A stretch of DNA of 64,000 nt from Gemmatimonadota bacterium. GTDB taxonomy: Bacteria; Gemmatimonadota; Gemmatimonadetes; Gemmatimonadales; GWC2-71-9. The position numbers were made by a program, and so were the translations under genes. Of this stretch, positions 27,327 to 38,118 are shown piece by piece (positions within the stretch are counted from its first letter, which is position 1; every line of letters begins with the position of its first letter). The notes below the pieces were generated by a model that was not told where the DNA came from, made no database searches, and saw only the letters and a program-made list of their open reading frames with translations. The stretch spans positions 1-64,000 of the forward strand of contig JAZDCZ010000040.1 of assembly GCA_036679605.1 (NCBI GenBank). Reading direction: 5' to 3'.

Positions 27327-29765
27327 ATGGGCACCTTATTACGAGATCTCCGCTACGGCATCCGGATGCTGTACAAGACGCCCGGCCTATCGGCCGTGGC
27401 GATCGTGACCATAGCGCTCGGCGTGGGACTCACGACTCACACATTCAGCATCGTGTACGGCTCTGTGATCCGGGGGCTCCCCTACGAAGGGGCAGACCGT
27501 CTCATGTTCTTCACCGAGGACAAGCTCGTCGATGGCAATAACGGTATGCGGGTTCCCATTCACGACTTCGTGGACTGGCGGGACCAGCAGACGACCTTTG
27601 AGGAACTTGCAGCCCTGTACTCCGGCACGGTGAATCTGGCTGACGAAGATCAGCGACCTGAGCGATTTCTTGGAGCCTTCGTAACCTCGAATACGTTCTC
27701 TCAGGCCGGGGTAATGCCGATTCTGGGTCGAGGATTTCGCGAGGGTGAGGACCTGGCGCAAGCCGCACCGACGATGGTGCTGGGGTACGAGGTCTGGCAG
27801 AATCGGTACGGTGGCGATCCCGATATTGTCGGCAAGACGATCCGGGCCAATGGGAGCATGTACACCGTGATCGGTGTGATGCCGGAGCGGTTCAAGTTTC
27901 CCTTCGACTCCGATGTTTGGTTGCCGTTGGCGATGAATCCAACCGAACTCGAGCGAGGTGACGGCATCAGGCTCGACGTCTTCGGCCGCCTGAAGGTAGG
28001 TGTTTCGATGGATCAGGCCGAGGCCGAGTTCGCCACAATCGCGCAACGGCTGGCTCAGGAGTACCCCGCCACCAACGATGGTGTGACCGTTGAGATAAAA
28101 CCGTACACAGAAGAGTACATGCCGCGCCAGATCACGGCCGTTTTGTGGGCCATGTTGGTAGCCGTCTTCGGCGTGCTGCTCATCGCGTGCGCGAACGTGG
28201 CGAACCTGTTGCTCGCCCGTGCAGCCGGCCGGAGTAGAGAGGTCGCGGTCCGATCCGCGTTAGGCGCCAGTCGCGCCACGGTCATTCGCCAACTACTCGT
28301 GGAATCGCTAGTTCTTGCGGTCGTTGGTGGTGTCATAGGTGTGGGACTGAGTTATGTCGGCATCGCAGTGTTCAACGCGTCCATCATCGACATCCAAAAA
28401 CCCTTCTGGATCGAGATCGACTTGTTTCCGCCCGTACTCGTATTCGCGATTGCGGTGACACTCGTCGCGAGCGTCGTGTCCGGCATGATCCCAGCGTTCC
28501 GTGCTTCTGGGACGCAGGTCCACGAAGTGCTCAAAGATGCCAGTCGGGGCTCGTCAGGGCTCCGGATGAGTCGATTCACCACCGCACTCGTCATCGGCGA
28601 AATCGCCGTCTCGTGCGCCTTGCTCGTTGCCGCGGGGTTTATGGTGAAGAGCATCATCAATGTGCAGAACGTCGAGATGGGGTTCGCGACCGAACAGATC
28701 TTGACCGCGCGGGTGGGGTTGAATGAGAACGACTATCCGGACAACGAGAGTCGTTTGCGCTTCCACGAAGAACTCGTCCTAGGACTCGAAGCCCTTCCGG
28801 GGGCGCGGTCGGTCTCCCTGACCTCCAATCTTCCGGCGAGCGGAGCGGGAATGTTCTGGTACGGTGTAGAGGGGGAGGCGTATTCGACCGATCAAGACTA
28901 TCCGTTCGCCAATCGGTCGGTGATTACCCCTGGGTTCTTCAGCACGTTCGGTGTGAGCGTCTTGGAGGGCCAGGATTTCTCCGATCACGATCGTGCCGAG
29001 AGCATACCGGTGGCCATCGTGAACGAGAGCTTTGTCCGGCGGCATTTTGCAGATGGTTCGGCAGTGGCCAGACGGATCCGGTTCGGCCGGTCAGATTCAG
29101 AACAGGCATGGCTTACGATCGTCGGTGTCGTTCCTGATCTGCACGTGGGCGGAGGTGTGGGAGGAATCGGCAGTGACGATCGAATCCAAGAGCACGTGTA
29201 CATTCCCCTCGCTCAAAACGCACGCGCCTTCATGAGTATCGCTATCGCGACCGGAGCCGATCCGATGGCTCTAGCGCCATCCGTTCGCGGCGTGATCGTT
29301 GGGATCGATGCCAACCTACCGATCTACAATGTGGATACCATGGAGGGTGTAATCGAAACTTCTACCTGGGCATTTGGTCTGTTCGGGTCTCTCTTCGCCA
29401 TGTTCGGCGGGATCGCGCTGTTCATGGCGGCAGTCGGACTGTATGGAGTGATGGCGTTCTCGGTGAGCCGACGGACTCAGGAAATGGGTATCCGGATGGC
29501 CATGGGTGCGCGTCCGCACGCCATCGTGGGTCTGGTGCTCAAGAAGGGTTTCACACAACTCGTGATCGGTATGACCGTTGGGCTCGGGCTGGGCGCGGTG
29601 CTGTCGAGCCCGCTGCGGGTGATGTTGTTCGAGGTCAGCACCGCCGATCCGACGGTCTATCTGACGATCGTGCTGACGCTGTGCCTGGCCGGGTTTCTTG
29701 CCTGTATCGTGCCCGCCCGGCGCGCCACGCGTGTAGATCTTGTCGAAGCGTTGAGACAGGAATAG
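27327..29765 (+). CDS. Duplicated ABC-type permease (MacB_PCD/FtsX x2, ADOP-like)
   Basis: LRDLRYGIRML, LIACANVANLLLAR, EVAVRSALGA, RTQEMGIRMAMGA, PARRATRVD; no adjacent ATPase gene. Confidence 0.93.
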   Translation: MGTLLRDLRYGIRMLYKTPGLSAVAIVTIALGVGLTTHTFSIVYGSVIRGLPYEGADRLMFFTEDKLVDGNNGMRVPIHDFVDWRDQQTTFEELAALYSGTVNLADEDQRPERFLGAFVTSNTFSQAGVMPILGRGFREGEDLAQAAPTMVLGYEVWQNRYGGDPDIVGKTIRANGSMYTVIGVMPERFKFPFDSDVWLPLAMNPTELERGDGIRLDVFGRLKVGVSMDQAEAEFATIAQRLAQEYPATNDGVTVEIKPYTEEYMPRQITAVLWAMLVAVFGVLLIACANVANLLLARAAGRSREVAVRSALGASRATVIRQLLVESLVLAVVGGVIGVGLSYVGIAVFNASIIDIQKPFWIEIDLFPPVLVFAIAVTLVASVVSGMIPAFRASGTQVHEVLKDASRGSSGLRMSRFTTALVIGEIAVSCALLVAAGFMVKSIINVQNVEMGFATEQILTARVGLNENDYPDNESRLRFHEELVLGLEALPGARSVSLTSNLPASGAGMFWYGVEGEAYSTDQDYPFANRSVITPGFFSTFGVSVLEGQDFSDHDRAESIPVAIVNESFVRRHFADGSAVARRIRFGRSDSEQAWLTIVGVVPDLHVGGGVGGIGSDDRIQEHVYIPLAQNARAFMSIAIATGADPMALAPSVRGVIVGIDANLPIYNVDTMEGVIETSTWAFGLFGSLFAMFGGIALFMAAVGLYGVMAFSVSRRTQEMGIRMAMGARPHAIVGLVLKKGFTQLVIGMTVGLGLGAVLSSPLRVMLFEVSTADPTVYLTIVLTLCLAGFLACIVPARRATRVDLVEALRQE

Positions 29766-29962
29766 GCAACCCTGGCGCGACAGCCCACCCGCAACCATTA
29801 GGACGGGGGGGCTCGTAACACCCAGTTGTCCCTACCCGTATGCGCCGCCCCCGCGAAGGACAAATCGTCATCGTGTTTAGTTGATTCAGACGTTCACTAC
29901 TACGACAACTGCCCAGTCGGCGTCTTGCGCCGCTTCTCAGGGTGGCTCTTCCGCCTTAGTTT

Positions 29963-31840
29963 GTGGTACCGATGCCTTCCGATGCCCGTGATCAACCGCG
30001 CAAACACGACATGCGCCCCGCCAGCAACGTCACCGCCCACTCCGATCATCGCGCGCCGCGAGATGAATCGCGAACTCCGGCTTCCGACATTCCGAGGCCT
30101 TTTGGATGGCTCGAGATCGGGCTGTGGTTTGCACTGGTGTTCGGCCTCGCCGAGGTGGCCATCCTGACTGTCCAGTACCTAGGCCTGGGAAAGATCATTA
30201 ACCGCAGTATCTATTACGTCTGGATGACCCCAGCCTCGTATCTAATAGTGATGATGATCCCAGCGGCCGTTCTCGCCGGGGTCGGTCGCTTGTGGGCACG
30301 TGCACGCCGACTGGAATCGGGTGTATGGGTCTTCGTGCTGGTCGGTGTGACGAGCATCACCGTGCTGCTCCTGTTGAAGCGTATCCACAATTGGGCACTT
30401 ATCCTGTTGGTGCTCGGGGTGGCGGTACAGGGGACCAGAGCGATCGTAAAGCGACGGGTTGGCTTCTGTGCTCTGGTGCGAAAGACAACGCCCTGGCTCG
30501 TGGCGGTAGTAGCAGGGCTCGGCCTTACAGAGCATGGCTGGAAAGCATGGTCAGAGAAACGAACTCTTGCCGGACTCGAGTTCGGAGTTGGCACTCAGCC
30601 CAATGTTCTTCTGATCATGTTCGACACTGTACGCGGAGCGAATCTCGGTTTGTACGGATATGAGAGATCGACCACGCCACAGCTCGAGCGTCTTGCCGCA
30701 AGCGGCATAGTTTTCGAACGCGCTTTGAGCCCCTCGCCGTGGACGCTGCCCGCCCATTCAAGCATGTTCACCGGTCGACTTCCCATGGAGCTGTCGGCCG
30801 ATTGGTTCGTGCCTTTGGACGACGAGTATCCCACGATCGCCGAGGTTCTGGCCGATCAGGGATATACCACGGCGGGGTTCGTCGGGAATCTGGACTACGG
30901 TACCTACCAGCACGGATTGAATCGTGGCTTCATCCATTATGAGGACTACCGTATTTCCCTCGGCGAGATATTCCTGAGTTCTGGTATGGGGCGTTGGATC
31001 GGTGAGGCACCGGCCTTACGGCCACTGATCGGGACCGATCAGCGTCTTGGATTCAAGACGGCCGAAAGAGTAACAAACGACTTCCTTGACTGGGTCCGCC
31101 GCCCACGAAGCCAGCCATTCTTCGCGTTCCTGAACTTTTACGACGCTCACGATCCCTATCTGCCGCCGGACCGGTGGTACCGGATGTTCGATCCCGAACG
31201 GCCTAATCGCCTGTCCAGATACGAGCGGGGCGATCTCGCCGACCTCACCGATGATCAGATTGCCTCTGAGATGGCGGCGTACGATGGCGCCATTGCCTAC
31301 ATGGATTATCAACTAGGGCGCCTGATCAAGGAACTGTCAGTGCTAGGTCTCGACAGCAACACGATCATGATTGTTACGTCTGACCATGGCGAGGAGTTCG
31401 GTGAGCATGGGCTATTTCGGCACGGTCATTCTCTGTATGCCAACCAACTGTGGGTACCTCTGGTGATTTCCTTCCCCCCCCATGTCCCGGCGGGCATTCA
31501 TGTCCAATATCCTGTGAGCCTCCAAGACATCGCGTTGACAGTGCTCGATCTTGTGGACGTGCCGGCGGGGCCGACCTTCCGGGGCTCATCGCTAACAACC
31601 ACCTGGAGCGACTCGTCACGCACCGCCGGCGTAGTCATCTCGGAGTTACGCGGCATTGAGAACGGTCCGCAGCGTTACCCGTTCGCCCATGGCGATATGC
31701 AGTCAGTGGTGAGGGAAAACCGTCACTATATCGTTTATGGGACTGGGGTGGTCGAAGTATTTGACTGGTTGACGGATTTGGCCGAGCAAGCCGGCTCGGT
31801 AGCGGGAGTTTTGCCGCGCGCGGCGGTTACCGGCAACTGA
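29963..31840 (+). CDS. Membrane-anchored sulfatase-like hydrolase/transferase
   Basis: N-terminal TM helices; PNVLLIMFDTVR, SPWTLPAHSSMFTG, TSDHGEEFGEHG; start uncertain. Confidence 0.9.
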   Translation: MVPMPSDARDQPRKHDMRPASNVTAHSDHRAPRDESRTPASDIPRPFGWLEIGLWFALVFGLAEVAILTVQYLGLGKIINRSIYYVWMTPASYLIVMMIPAAVLAGVGRLWARARRLESGVWVFVLVGVTSITVLLLLKRIHNWALILLVLGVAVQGTRAIVKRRVGFCALVRKTTPWLVAVVAGLGLTEHGWKAWSEKRTLAGLEFGVGTQPNVLLIMFDTVRGANLGLYGYERSTTPQLERLAASGIVFERALSPSPWTLPAHSSMFTGRLPMELSADWFVPLDDEYPTIAEVLADQGYTTAGFVGNLDYGTYQHGLNRGFIHYEDYRISLGEIFLSSGMGRWIGEAPALRPLIGTDQRLGFKTAERVTNDFLDWVRRPRSQPFFAFLNFYDAHDPYLPPDRWYRMFDPERPNRLSRYERGDLADLTDDQIASEMAAYDGAIAYMDYQLGRLIKELSVLGLDSNTIMIVTSDHGEEFGEHGLFRHGHSLYANQLWVPLVISFPPHVPAGIHVQYPVSLQDIALTVLDLVDVPAGPTFRGSSLTTTWSDSSRTAGVVISELRGIENGPQRYPFAHGDMQSVVRENRHYIVYGTGVVEVFDWLTDLAEQAGSVAGVLPRAAVTGN

Positions 31841-32224
31841 CTAGAGGGTATCTAGTAATTGTAAGTTGTTGTAAGACAGCATGTTAGCGCGTATGGCGCC
31901 AAGTTTCGGCTGTACCTCGACCGAATTCGGCTGCCCCTTGTCCGAATACTGGGAATGCCGTGCGGGGTTGACGCCAAGCCGTAGAGGTTTCAGATTCAGG
32001 GTCCCAGGAGCCAGGGCCTTCCCTTCAGAGGGGCTCGGCTCCTGCCAAATAATGTTGACGGTGTTGTGAGAAATACAACAGCCGGGAGAGTGCGCGCGCC
32101 TCCCCCGCACGTTGTGTTGCATGGCAGTATGGTTTTTTGTTGGAAGCGCTTCAGCAATAGTTGTGGCGCTGCGGGGGGAGTTCCCCGCACACAGATGGAT
32201 CACACTTTCCCGAAGGAGGAATGT

Positions 32225-35200
32225 ATGTTCCGAAAGTTGTTGTTAAACCGTGGCAGAGTGCTTGCACTCACCACACTCGCCTTATTCTTGAGCGTGGGTT
32301 CTGCGTTTGCGCAGCAGGGCCGCGTCGAGGGTACGGTGAGGAATGCTCAGACTCGCGATCCGGTGGCTAACGCGCGGGTCACGGTCGTAGGCACCAGCTT
32401 GTTCGCGACGACGAACGAGAACGGCTACTACTCGATCGAGACAGTGCCGGTTGGGACCTACGACGTGCGAGTCCAGGTCATCGGCTTCCAGTCGGTGATT
32501 TTTACCAGGCAGCGTGTGGCAGTCGGTTTGCCCACCACCGTCAACTTCCAATTGCAGCCGAGTATTCTGCGAATTGAGGGGGTGGTGGTGACAGGGGTAG
32601 CCGAGGCCACGCTGGGAATTAAGCTGCCATTCACCGTTGACCAGATCAAGGGTGAGGATCTCCCAGTGCCGCAGGTCAATGCTGCCGAGTCCATACGGGG
32701 CAAGATAGCCGGGGCTAAGGTCATCAGGGGTGAGGGAACCCCGGGTAGTGGCGTGCAGGTTCTGCTGAGAGGCGCCACCAGCATCAACACCGCCGGCCGC
32801 AGCAATCAGCCGCTGTACGTGGTTGACGGTGTCATCCTCGGTGCCAATATGGTAGACGTCGATGCCTTGGACATCGAGACCATCGAGGTCGTAAAGGGTG
32901 CCGCCGCGGCCGCACTGTATGGTGCCCGCGCGGCCAACGGCGTCGTCTCGATCAGCACGCGTCGTGGAAAGAACATCCCGGACGGTGAATCTAGGATCTC
33001 TGTTCGCTCGGAGTTGGGCTCCAGCAGTATCGAGCACTTTATTCCGGAGCAGCGGTCGCACTGGTTCACGGTAGATGCTTCGGGGAACTGGCTCGGCAGA
33101 CTGAGCTTGCCGGCCTCTGATCCTCGCTGTGGTGGCACTGCTTGCACCATCGACAGTACTGTGTCGGCAAGCGATCGCGCGTTGGCACTGCGCACCAACC
33201 CCAATTGGACCGTGCCGGACGACAATCAAATGAGCATTACGGACTGGGATAACGACGGCGTCCCAGACACTAGCTTTTTTGCCGTGTCCGACAAAGCGTA
33301 CGGTGGTAGGACGGTCTCGCAGTTGCGGGAGTTCTTCGACCCCGGCCAGTTCTTCCAGAACAGCGTGGCGATATCGCACCGTACGGGTTCGACGAATTTC
33401 CGGGCGTCCGCCCATGAGCTGAACGAGGACGGCGCCATCCAAGGTCTCGACGGTTACGTGCGGCGTGGAGCCCGCGTGAACGTCGATCACAAGGTCGGCA
33501 CTACGTTCGACTTCAGTGCGAGCGGCTATTATTCGCAGTCCATAGCCGACGATCCGCAGGGTGGTGAGAATGCGTTCTTTGGGTTGAACTTCTACCCGAT
33601 CGATGTGGATTTGACCGAGTTGAACCCCGATCCGCGCGATGACAATGACTTCCTGATCAACCCCGATCCCACCATTGTGGAATCGAACCCGCTTTATTCA
33701 GCTCGGAACCAGGACGAAACCAGAACGCGCGGTAGGATTCTGGGAAGCTTCGGGATCCGCTGGCGGCCTGTTTCGGACTTCGACATTCAGGTTGCCTTCA
33801 GCTTCGACCGATCGGATAGGAACAGGACGGAGTTCTTCTTCAAGGGGTTTAGGACCACCGACGCTAGTTCCCTAAACTTCGGCCGCCTGACAAAGAGCAA
33901 CGACATATCTCAGGCGATCAACGCCAGTATCGCCGGGACATACCGGAAGGCATTTGGCGACCTAAGCACGACTTTCAAGGCGCGTGCGTTGTTTGAGCGC
34001 GACAAGACCGAGTTTATCCGAGCCCGGGCCCAGAACCTGGTTGTTGACAACACGAGAGACCTGGACGTCGGTGACAATGCCTTGAGCACGATCACCGGAA
34101 GTAGTTCGGACAATCGTTCGTTTGGGTGGTTCGTGAGCGAGCAGTTGGACTACAAAGATCGTTACATCGCTGACGTGCTGATTCGGCGTGACGGCAGCTC
34201 GTTGTTTGGTGAAGATCAGCGCTGGCACTATTACTACCGGGTGAGTGGAGCGTACCGGATCTCGGAAGAGGACTTCTGGCCGTTCGGTGTTTTCGACGAG
34301 TTCAAGCTCCGCTATTCCAGAGGTACTGCGGGTGGTCGACCTAGATTCAGCGCACAGTTCGAGACATTTGCTATTAACTCCGGTGCGGTTAGCAAGGGCA
34401 ATCTGGGCAACAAGAATCTCAAGCCCGAAAAGGCGACCGAAGACGAATTCGGCGTCGACTTCATCGTTGGTGGCAGAGTATCCGTAGAGATTACGCATGC
34501 CCGGAGCGAGGTTGAAGATCAACTTCTGCTGGTCCCGCTGGCCGGCTTTTTCGGGTTCAATAACCAGTGGCGGAACGCCGGCACGCTTGAGTCCCGGACC
34601 TGGGAAGGCACAATTCAGGCCGCGATTATTCAGAAGCCTGACCTGGGGTGGACATTCAACTTTGTCATCGACCGTACGCGGCAGACGATCACGAAGTTCA
34701 ACCTGCCGGCGTTTAGGACCGGTCCCGGCAATTCCTTCTTCGTACGCGAGGGCGAGAAACTGGGAACGATGTACGGAGATAAGTGGGCTAGCAAGTGCAG
34801 TGACCTGCTCACTACGACGGGATTCGGATCTGGCAACTCTTGCCTTGCCGAGAATGGCGGCAACTTCGACGTCAACGACGAAGGTTTCCTCGTTGCCGTT
34901 GGCACCGGAAACCAGTTTACCGACGGAATCGGCAAGAGCTTCTACGGTTCGAAGATCGACATCGACGGTACGACGTTCACGTGGGGTTATCCGATCAGGT
35001 CCAATGGCATCACCGTGACGACGTTGCCTGACGGCACGGTCTTCACCGATACGACGCAGTTCCTACAGATCGGTCGTTCAACGCCTGACTTTAATTTCGG
35101 AGTCGGCAACACGGTGCGCTACAAGGGTTTCTCGCTGTACACGCTGTTCGATGCCCAGATTGGCGGAGACGTGTACAACAACACGAGACAGTGGCCTCAC

Positions 35201-35572
35201 CGCGAGTTCAACGCGTTTGAAGTAGATCAGCTCGGAAAGACCGACAACCTCAAGAAGCCGCTGGACTACTACGCCACACTGTACAACGTGAATGCTACGA
35301 ACAGCCGCTTCGTTGAAGATGCTACGTACTTGAAGTTCCGTGAGCTGTCGTTCCGGTATTCGTTCAACCGCGGCCAGCTCGAGGGCATCGCCAACGGTCT
35401 CTTTAATCGGATCTCCTTATCGCTGGTAGGCCGCAACATCAAGACCTGGACCGGTTATAAGGGCTACGATCCTGAAGTGGCCGAAGGTGGTGACCAAGGA
35501 GTCTTCCGGTTTGACGGATTCGAGTATCCGAATTTCAAAACCTGGACTGGTTCCGTTGAAATCGAATTCTGA
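32225..35572 (+). CDS. SusC/RagA family TonB-dependent outer membrane transporter
   Basis: AAGGAGG RBS; N-terminal carboxypeptidase-regulatory-like domain; PLYVVDGV, IEVVKGAAAAALYGARAANGVV; YKGYDPE; C-terminal Phe. Confidence 0.95.
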   Translation: MFRKLLLNRGRVLALTTLALFLSVGSAFAQQGRVEGTVRNAQTRDPVANARVTVVGTSLFATTNENGYYSIETVPVGTYDVRVQVIGFQSVIFTRQRVAVGLPTTVNFQLQPSILRIEGVVVTGVAEATLGIKLPFTVDQIKGEDLPVPQVNAAESIRGKIAGAKVIRGEGTPGSGVQVLLRGATSINTAGRSNQPLYVVDGVILGANMVDVDALDIETIEVVKGAAAAALYGARAANGVVSISTRRGKNIPDGESRISVRSELGSSSIEHFIPEQRSHWFTVDASGNWLGRLSLPASDPRCGGTACTIDSTVSASDRALALRTNPNWTVPDDNQMSITDWDNDGVPDTSFFAVSDKAYGGRTVSQLREFFDPGQFFQNSVAISHRTGSTNFRASAHELNEDGAIQGLDGYVRRGARVNVDHKVGTTFDFSASGYYSQSIADDPQGGENAFFGLNFYPIDVDLTELNPDPRDDNDFLINPDPTIVESNPLYSARNQDETRTRGRILGSFGIRWRPVSDFDIQVAFSFDRSDRNRTEFFFKGFRTTDASSLNFGRLTKSNDISQAINASIAGTYRKAFGDLSTTFKARALFERDKTEFIRARAQNLVVDNTRDLDVGDNALSTITGSSSDNRSFGWFVSEQLDYKDRYIADVLIRRDGSSLFGEDQRWHYYYRVSGAYRISEEDFWPFGVFDEFKLRYSRGTAGGRPRFSAQFETFAINSGAVSKGNLGNKNLKPEKATEDEFGVDFIVGGRVSVEITHARSEVEDQLLLVPLAGFFGFNNQWRNAGTLESRTWEGTIQAAIIQKPDLGWTFNFVIDRTRQTITKFNLPAFRTGPGNSFFVREGEKLGTMYGDKWASKCSDLLTTTGFGSGNSCLAENGGNFDVNDEGFLVAVGTGNQFTDGIGKSFYGSKIDIDGTTFTWGYPIRSNGITVTTLPDGTVFTDTTQFLQIGRSTPDFNFGVGNTVRYKGFSLYTLFDAQIGGDVYNNTRQWPHREFNAFEVDQLGKTDNLKKPLDYYATLYNVNATNSRFVEDATYLKFRELSFRYSFNRGQLEGIANGLFNRISLSLVGRNIKTWTGYKGYDPEVAEGGDQGVFRFDGFEYPNFKTWTGSVEIEF

Positions 35573-35684
35573 TCGCTTGGTAGCGCTCCAAGCGTGGTTT
35601 AGGTTCGCCCGACCTGCCCCAGCACTTTCGCTGGGGCAACGGGGGATCCACCTGATTCACTACCAAGTGAGGGAGAATTGATCC

Positions 35685-37370
35685 ATGAGACTGTTTAAGC
35701 TTGGGTCGGTTTCGTTGCTCATGTTCGCCGTTGCTGCCTGCAACAGCTTAGATGACCTAACTGACCTTGAAGTAACAAATCAAAACAACCCGGACCGTGC
35801 CCGTGCCTTGGCAGAGGCACAGGATATCGAGGCCCTCATTGGGGGCGGTTTCCTGGCGTGGCACGATGGAACGCAGAATGACGATCCTACCAGTCCGTTG
35901 AGCACTGCCGCTGACGAGGGCACGGCCTCTTGGGGGAACTACGGAGCCCAGCAGATTTCTTCGGAGCCCCGCGTGGCCTGGCCGAATAGTTCCTCGTGGC
36001 GCTATGCTCGGTTTACCGAGAACCCGTGGTTCCGCCTCTACGGCGGCCTGTCCGCGGTTTTTGATGGCCTTCAGGCCCTCGATGCCGATGATGGGACCAT
36101 ATGTTCCGAGATCGACTGCGATCGGGCCAGGGCGTTCGCCAAGTTCACTCAGGGCATTACGTTGGGCTTTCTCGCGCTGATGTACGACTCGGCGTTCATT
36201 CTCGAAGAATCAGTCGATCTTGCGACTGATGTACTTGATTTACAGGGCTACCCCGCAGTCATGGCGGCGGCAATCGGTTTGCTGGACCAAGGGATTGCGG
36301 CATCGGCAAACGCCGGTTGGAGTACTCCTTCGTCTTGGTATGGCTTGGTTACGGTGAGCGGACCTGAACTAGCAGAGTTGGGCCACGCGCACCGCGCCCG
36401 GCTGTTGAGTTCGGTCGGCAGGACACCTGCCGAGCGGGCCAATGCACCATGGTTGCAGATCATACAGGATGTCGACCAGGGCGTAACGGAAGACTTTTGG
36501 ATTCCGGGCGATGGAGAGGTCCTCTGGTATCATTCCGGTGCATGGCTTGGCGCCCAGCCTGGTACGACCTGGCACAGGGCCGACTACAAGTCGATCGGCT
36601 GGACAGATACCGGTACTGATTATGCCAATTGGCTGGCCACACCGGTGGCACAGCGGAAAGAGTTCGACTTCCAGCCGCTGGACGAGAGGATCGTGCCGCC
36701 GGGCGATGTTCAGGGAGTAGGTGTCGACTTCAAGTGGCAAGGTAATTCGAGGTTCCGGGCCGATCGTGGAACCTATCATTTCTCTCGCTATAAGGGACAG
36801 AGGTATAAAGATTACGCGGAAAGCGACGGCCAGACGCCCGAGCCGCACATTAACTTCAACGCCCAGCAGGCGCTCAAGGCCGAGGGGCTGTTGCGCACCG
36901 GCGATGCTGCTGGGGCAGCCGCGCTAATCAATGTGTCGCGTGCAAGAGGAAATCTGCCAGCAGCAACGGCTGGCGATGCAGACTTGATGCAGAAGATTTT
37001 CTACGAGTACCAGATGGAGAATTACTACACTTGCGGTGGTTGCCTCTACTTCGCTAGACGAGGTTGGGGTCCGCTGTCGCCGACAGGACCGGCCCACCAT
37101 TTCGGTCTTGTTGAGGGTACGCCGCTGCACTACGCGGTTCCAGGTAAGGAACTCGAGATTTTGCAGAAGCTGCAGTATACCTACGGCGGCGTTGGCGAAG
37201 AGGGAAGCTCGCTCGCTCCGGCCGCAGTATCGGCTGCTAGCCGCGTTGACGGTGTGCCTGCACGGCTGGTCTACTCCTTCGATGGCTTGACGACGCTGAA
37301 GGAAAAGCTGGCCAAGCTTCGGGAGGGTCAGCGTATTCCGCATCATGTGTCCCGGATGGTGAGGCATTAG
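35685..37370 (+). CDS. SusD/RagB-like surface lipoprotein
   Basis: VAAC lipobox; directly follows the SusC gene; N.N.PD..RAL; LKAEGLLR...LINVSR. Confidence 0.8.
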   Translation: MRLFKLGSVSLLMFAVAACNSLDDLTDLEVTNQNNPDRARALAEAQDIEALIGGGFLAWHDGTQNDDPTSPLSTAADEGTASWGNYGAQQISSEPRVAWPNSSSWRYARFTENPWFRLYGGLSAVFDGLQALDADDGTICSEIDCDRARAFAKFTQGITLGFLALMYDSAFILEESVDLATDVLDLQGYPAVMAAAIGLLDQGIAASANAGWSTPSSWYGLVTVSGPELAELGHAHRARLLSSVGRTPAERANAPWLQIIQDVDQGVTEDFWIPGDGEVLWYHSGAWLGAQPGTTWHRADYKSIGWTDTGTDYANWLATPVAQRKEFDFQPLDERIVPPGDVQGVGVDFKWQGNSRFRADRGTYHFSRYKGQRYKDYAESDGQTPEPHINFNAQQALKAEGLLRTGDAAGAAALINVSRARGNLPAATAGDADLMQKIFYEYQMENYYTCGGCLYFARRGWGPLSPTGPAHHFGLVEGTPLHYAVPGKELEILQKLQYTYGGVGEEGSSLAPAAVSAASRVDGVPARLVYSFDGLTTLKEKLAKLREGQRIPHHVSRMVRH

Positions 37371-37424
37371 GCCGAGAGGTCATTGCCTTCCTTTCGAAGG
37401 GTCCATATGATGGGTAGTAATTGA

Positions 37425-37467
37425 GGGAAGGCCACCATGCTTTTCGCATGGTGGCCTTCCCCGTTTG
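37425..37467 (+). terminator. Hairpin terminator after the susCD-like pair
   Basis: GGGAAGGCCACCATGC-TTTTC-GCATGGTGGCCTTCCC followed by CGTTTG. Confidence 0.75.
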
Positions 37468-37495
37468 TCGCCGTTTCGGCAGGGAACTCAAATTG

Positions 37496-37999
37496 ATGCG
37501 AAACCTTTTTGCTCGCGCGTTGTTGCCCGCCGCCATCTTGGTGGCGGTCGCGTGTGCTTCCTCTGGCGCAAGGGAGACCGGGGGCGGGGGCATATCGATC
37601 TATCAGAAACAGGTCGGGAAGGCGACCCGCGGAGATCTCGCGAGGAAGAGTCGCCTCATTTTCGATCGCTACCGTTTCACGATGGCTCGCGAGGATTCGT
37701 CTGTCAGTCAGCAGTTCTTGCAGTCCCGGTGGGAAGGCAGATTTCCGTTGCAGGACGAACTGGATAGCGGTGTGGTCGAAGTGCAGACCAGACTGACCGT
37801 CAGGGCGCGCGCGCGAGGTGCAGGAAGCCGGGGTGTCGCCGATACAAGAGTAGTCCAACTCACTATCGAAAACATGGTGCGCATGGCGCCCGACGCCACA
37901 TGGAGAAGGGGATTCATGACACCTATGTTCCTTGCGTATGCCAAAAGGATCACGGAAGATCTAAGATCGGAGATTCTCCAGGGCGTTCGAGTCTTTTGA
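37496..37999 (+). CDS. Hypothetical lipoprotein
   Basis: AVAC lipobox; plausible ORF in intergenic space. Confidence 0.7.
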   Translation: MRNLFARALLPAAILVAVACASSGARETGGGGISIYQKQVGKATRGDLARKSRLIFDRYRFTMAREDSSVSQQFLQSRWEGRFPLQDELDSGVVEVQTRLTVRARARGAGSRGVADTRVVQLTIENMVRMAPDATWRRGFMTPMFLAYAKRITEDLRSEILQGVRVF

Positions 38000-38118
38000 T
38001 GGAGCCGGCGGCACCCAAATTTTTCCTTCCCCACCTGGCTTCGTAATGTCGTCGTAGAAGCCCTCCACGCCTGGTTGCAGGAACTGCCTATACCTGTGCG
38101 GCGTTCTGACTAGGTACT

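Noticed and set aside
26895..31840. Genomic island integrated at tRNA-Lys carrying the permease and sulfatase
   Set aside because: The tRNA 3' duplicate lies within ~150 bp of the tRNA, before these genes; I found no distal att copy or integrase.
32282..33490. 402-aa minus-strand ORF
   Set aside because: Antisense to the SusC-like gene, with no recognisable domain.
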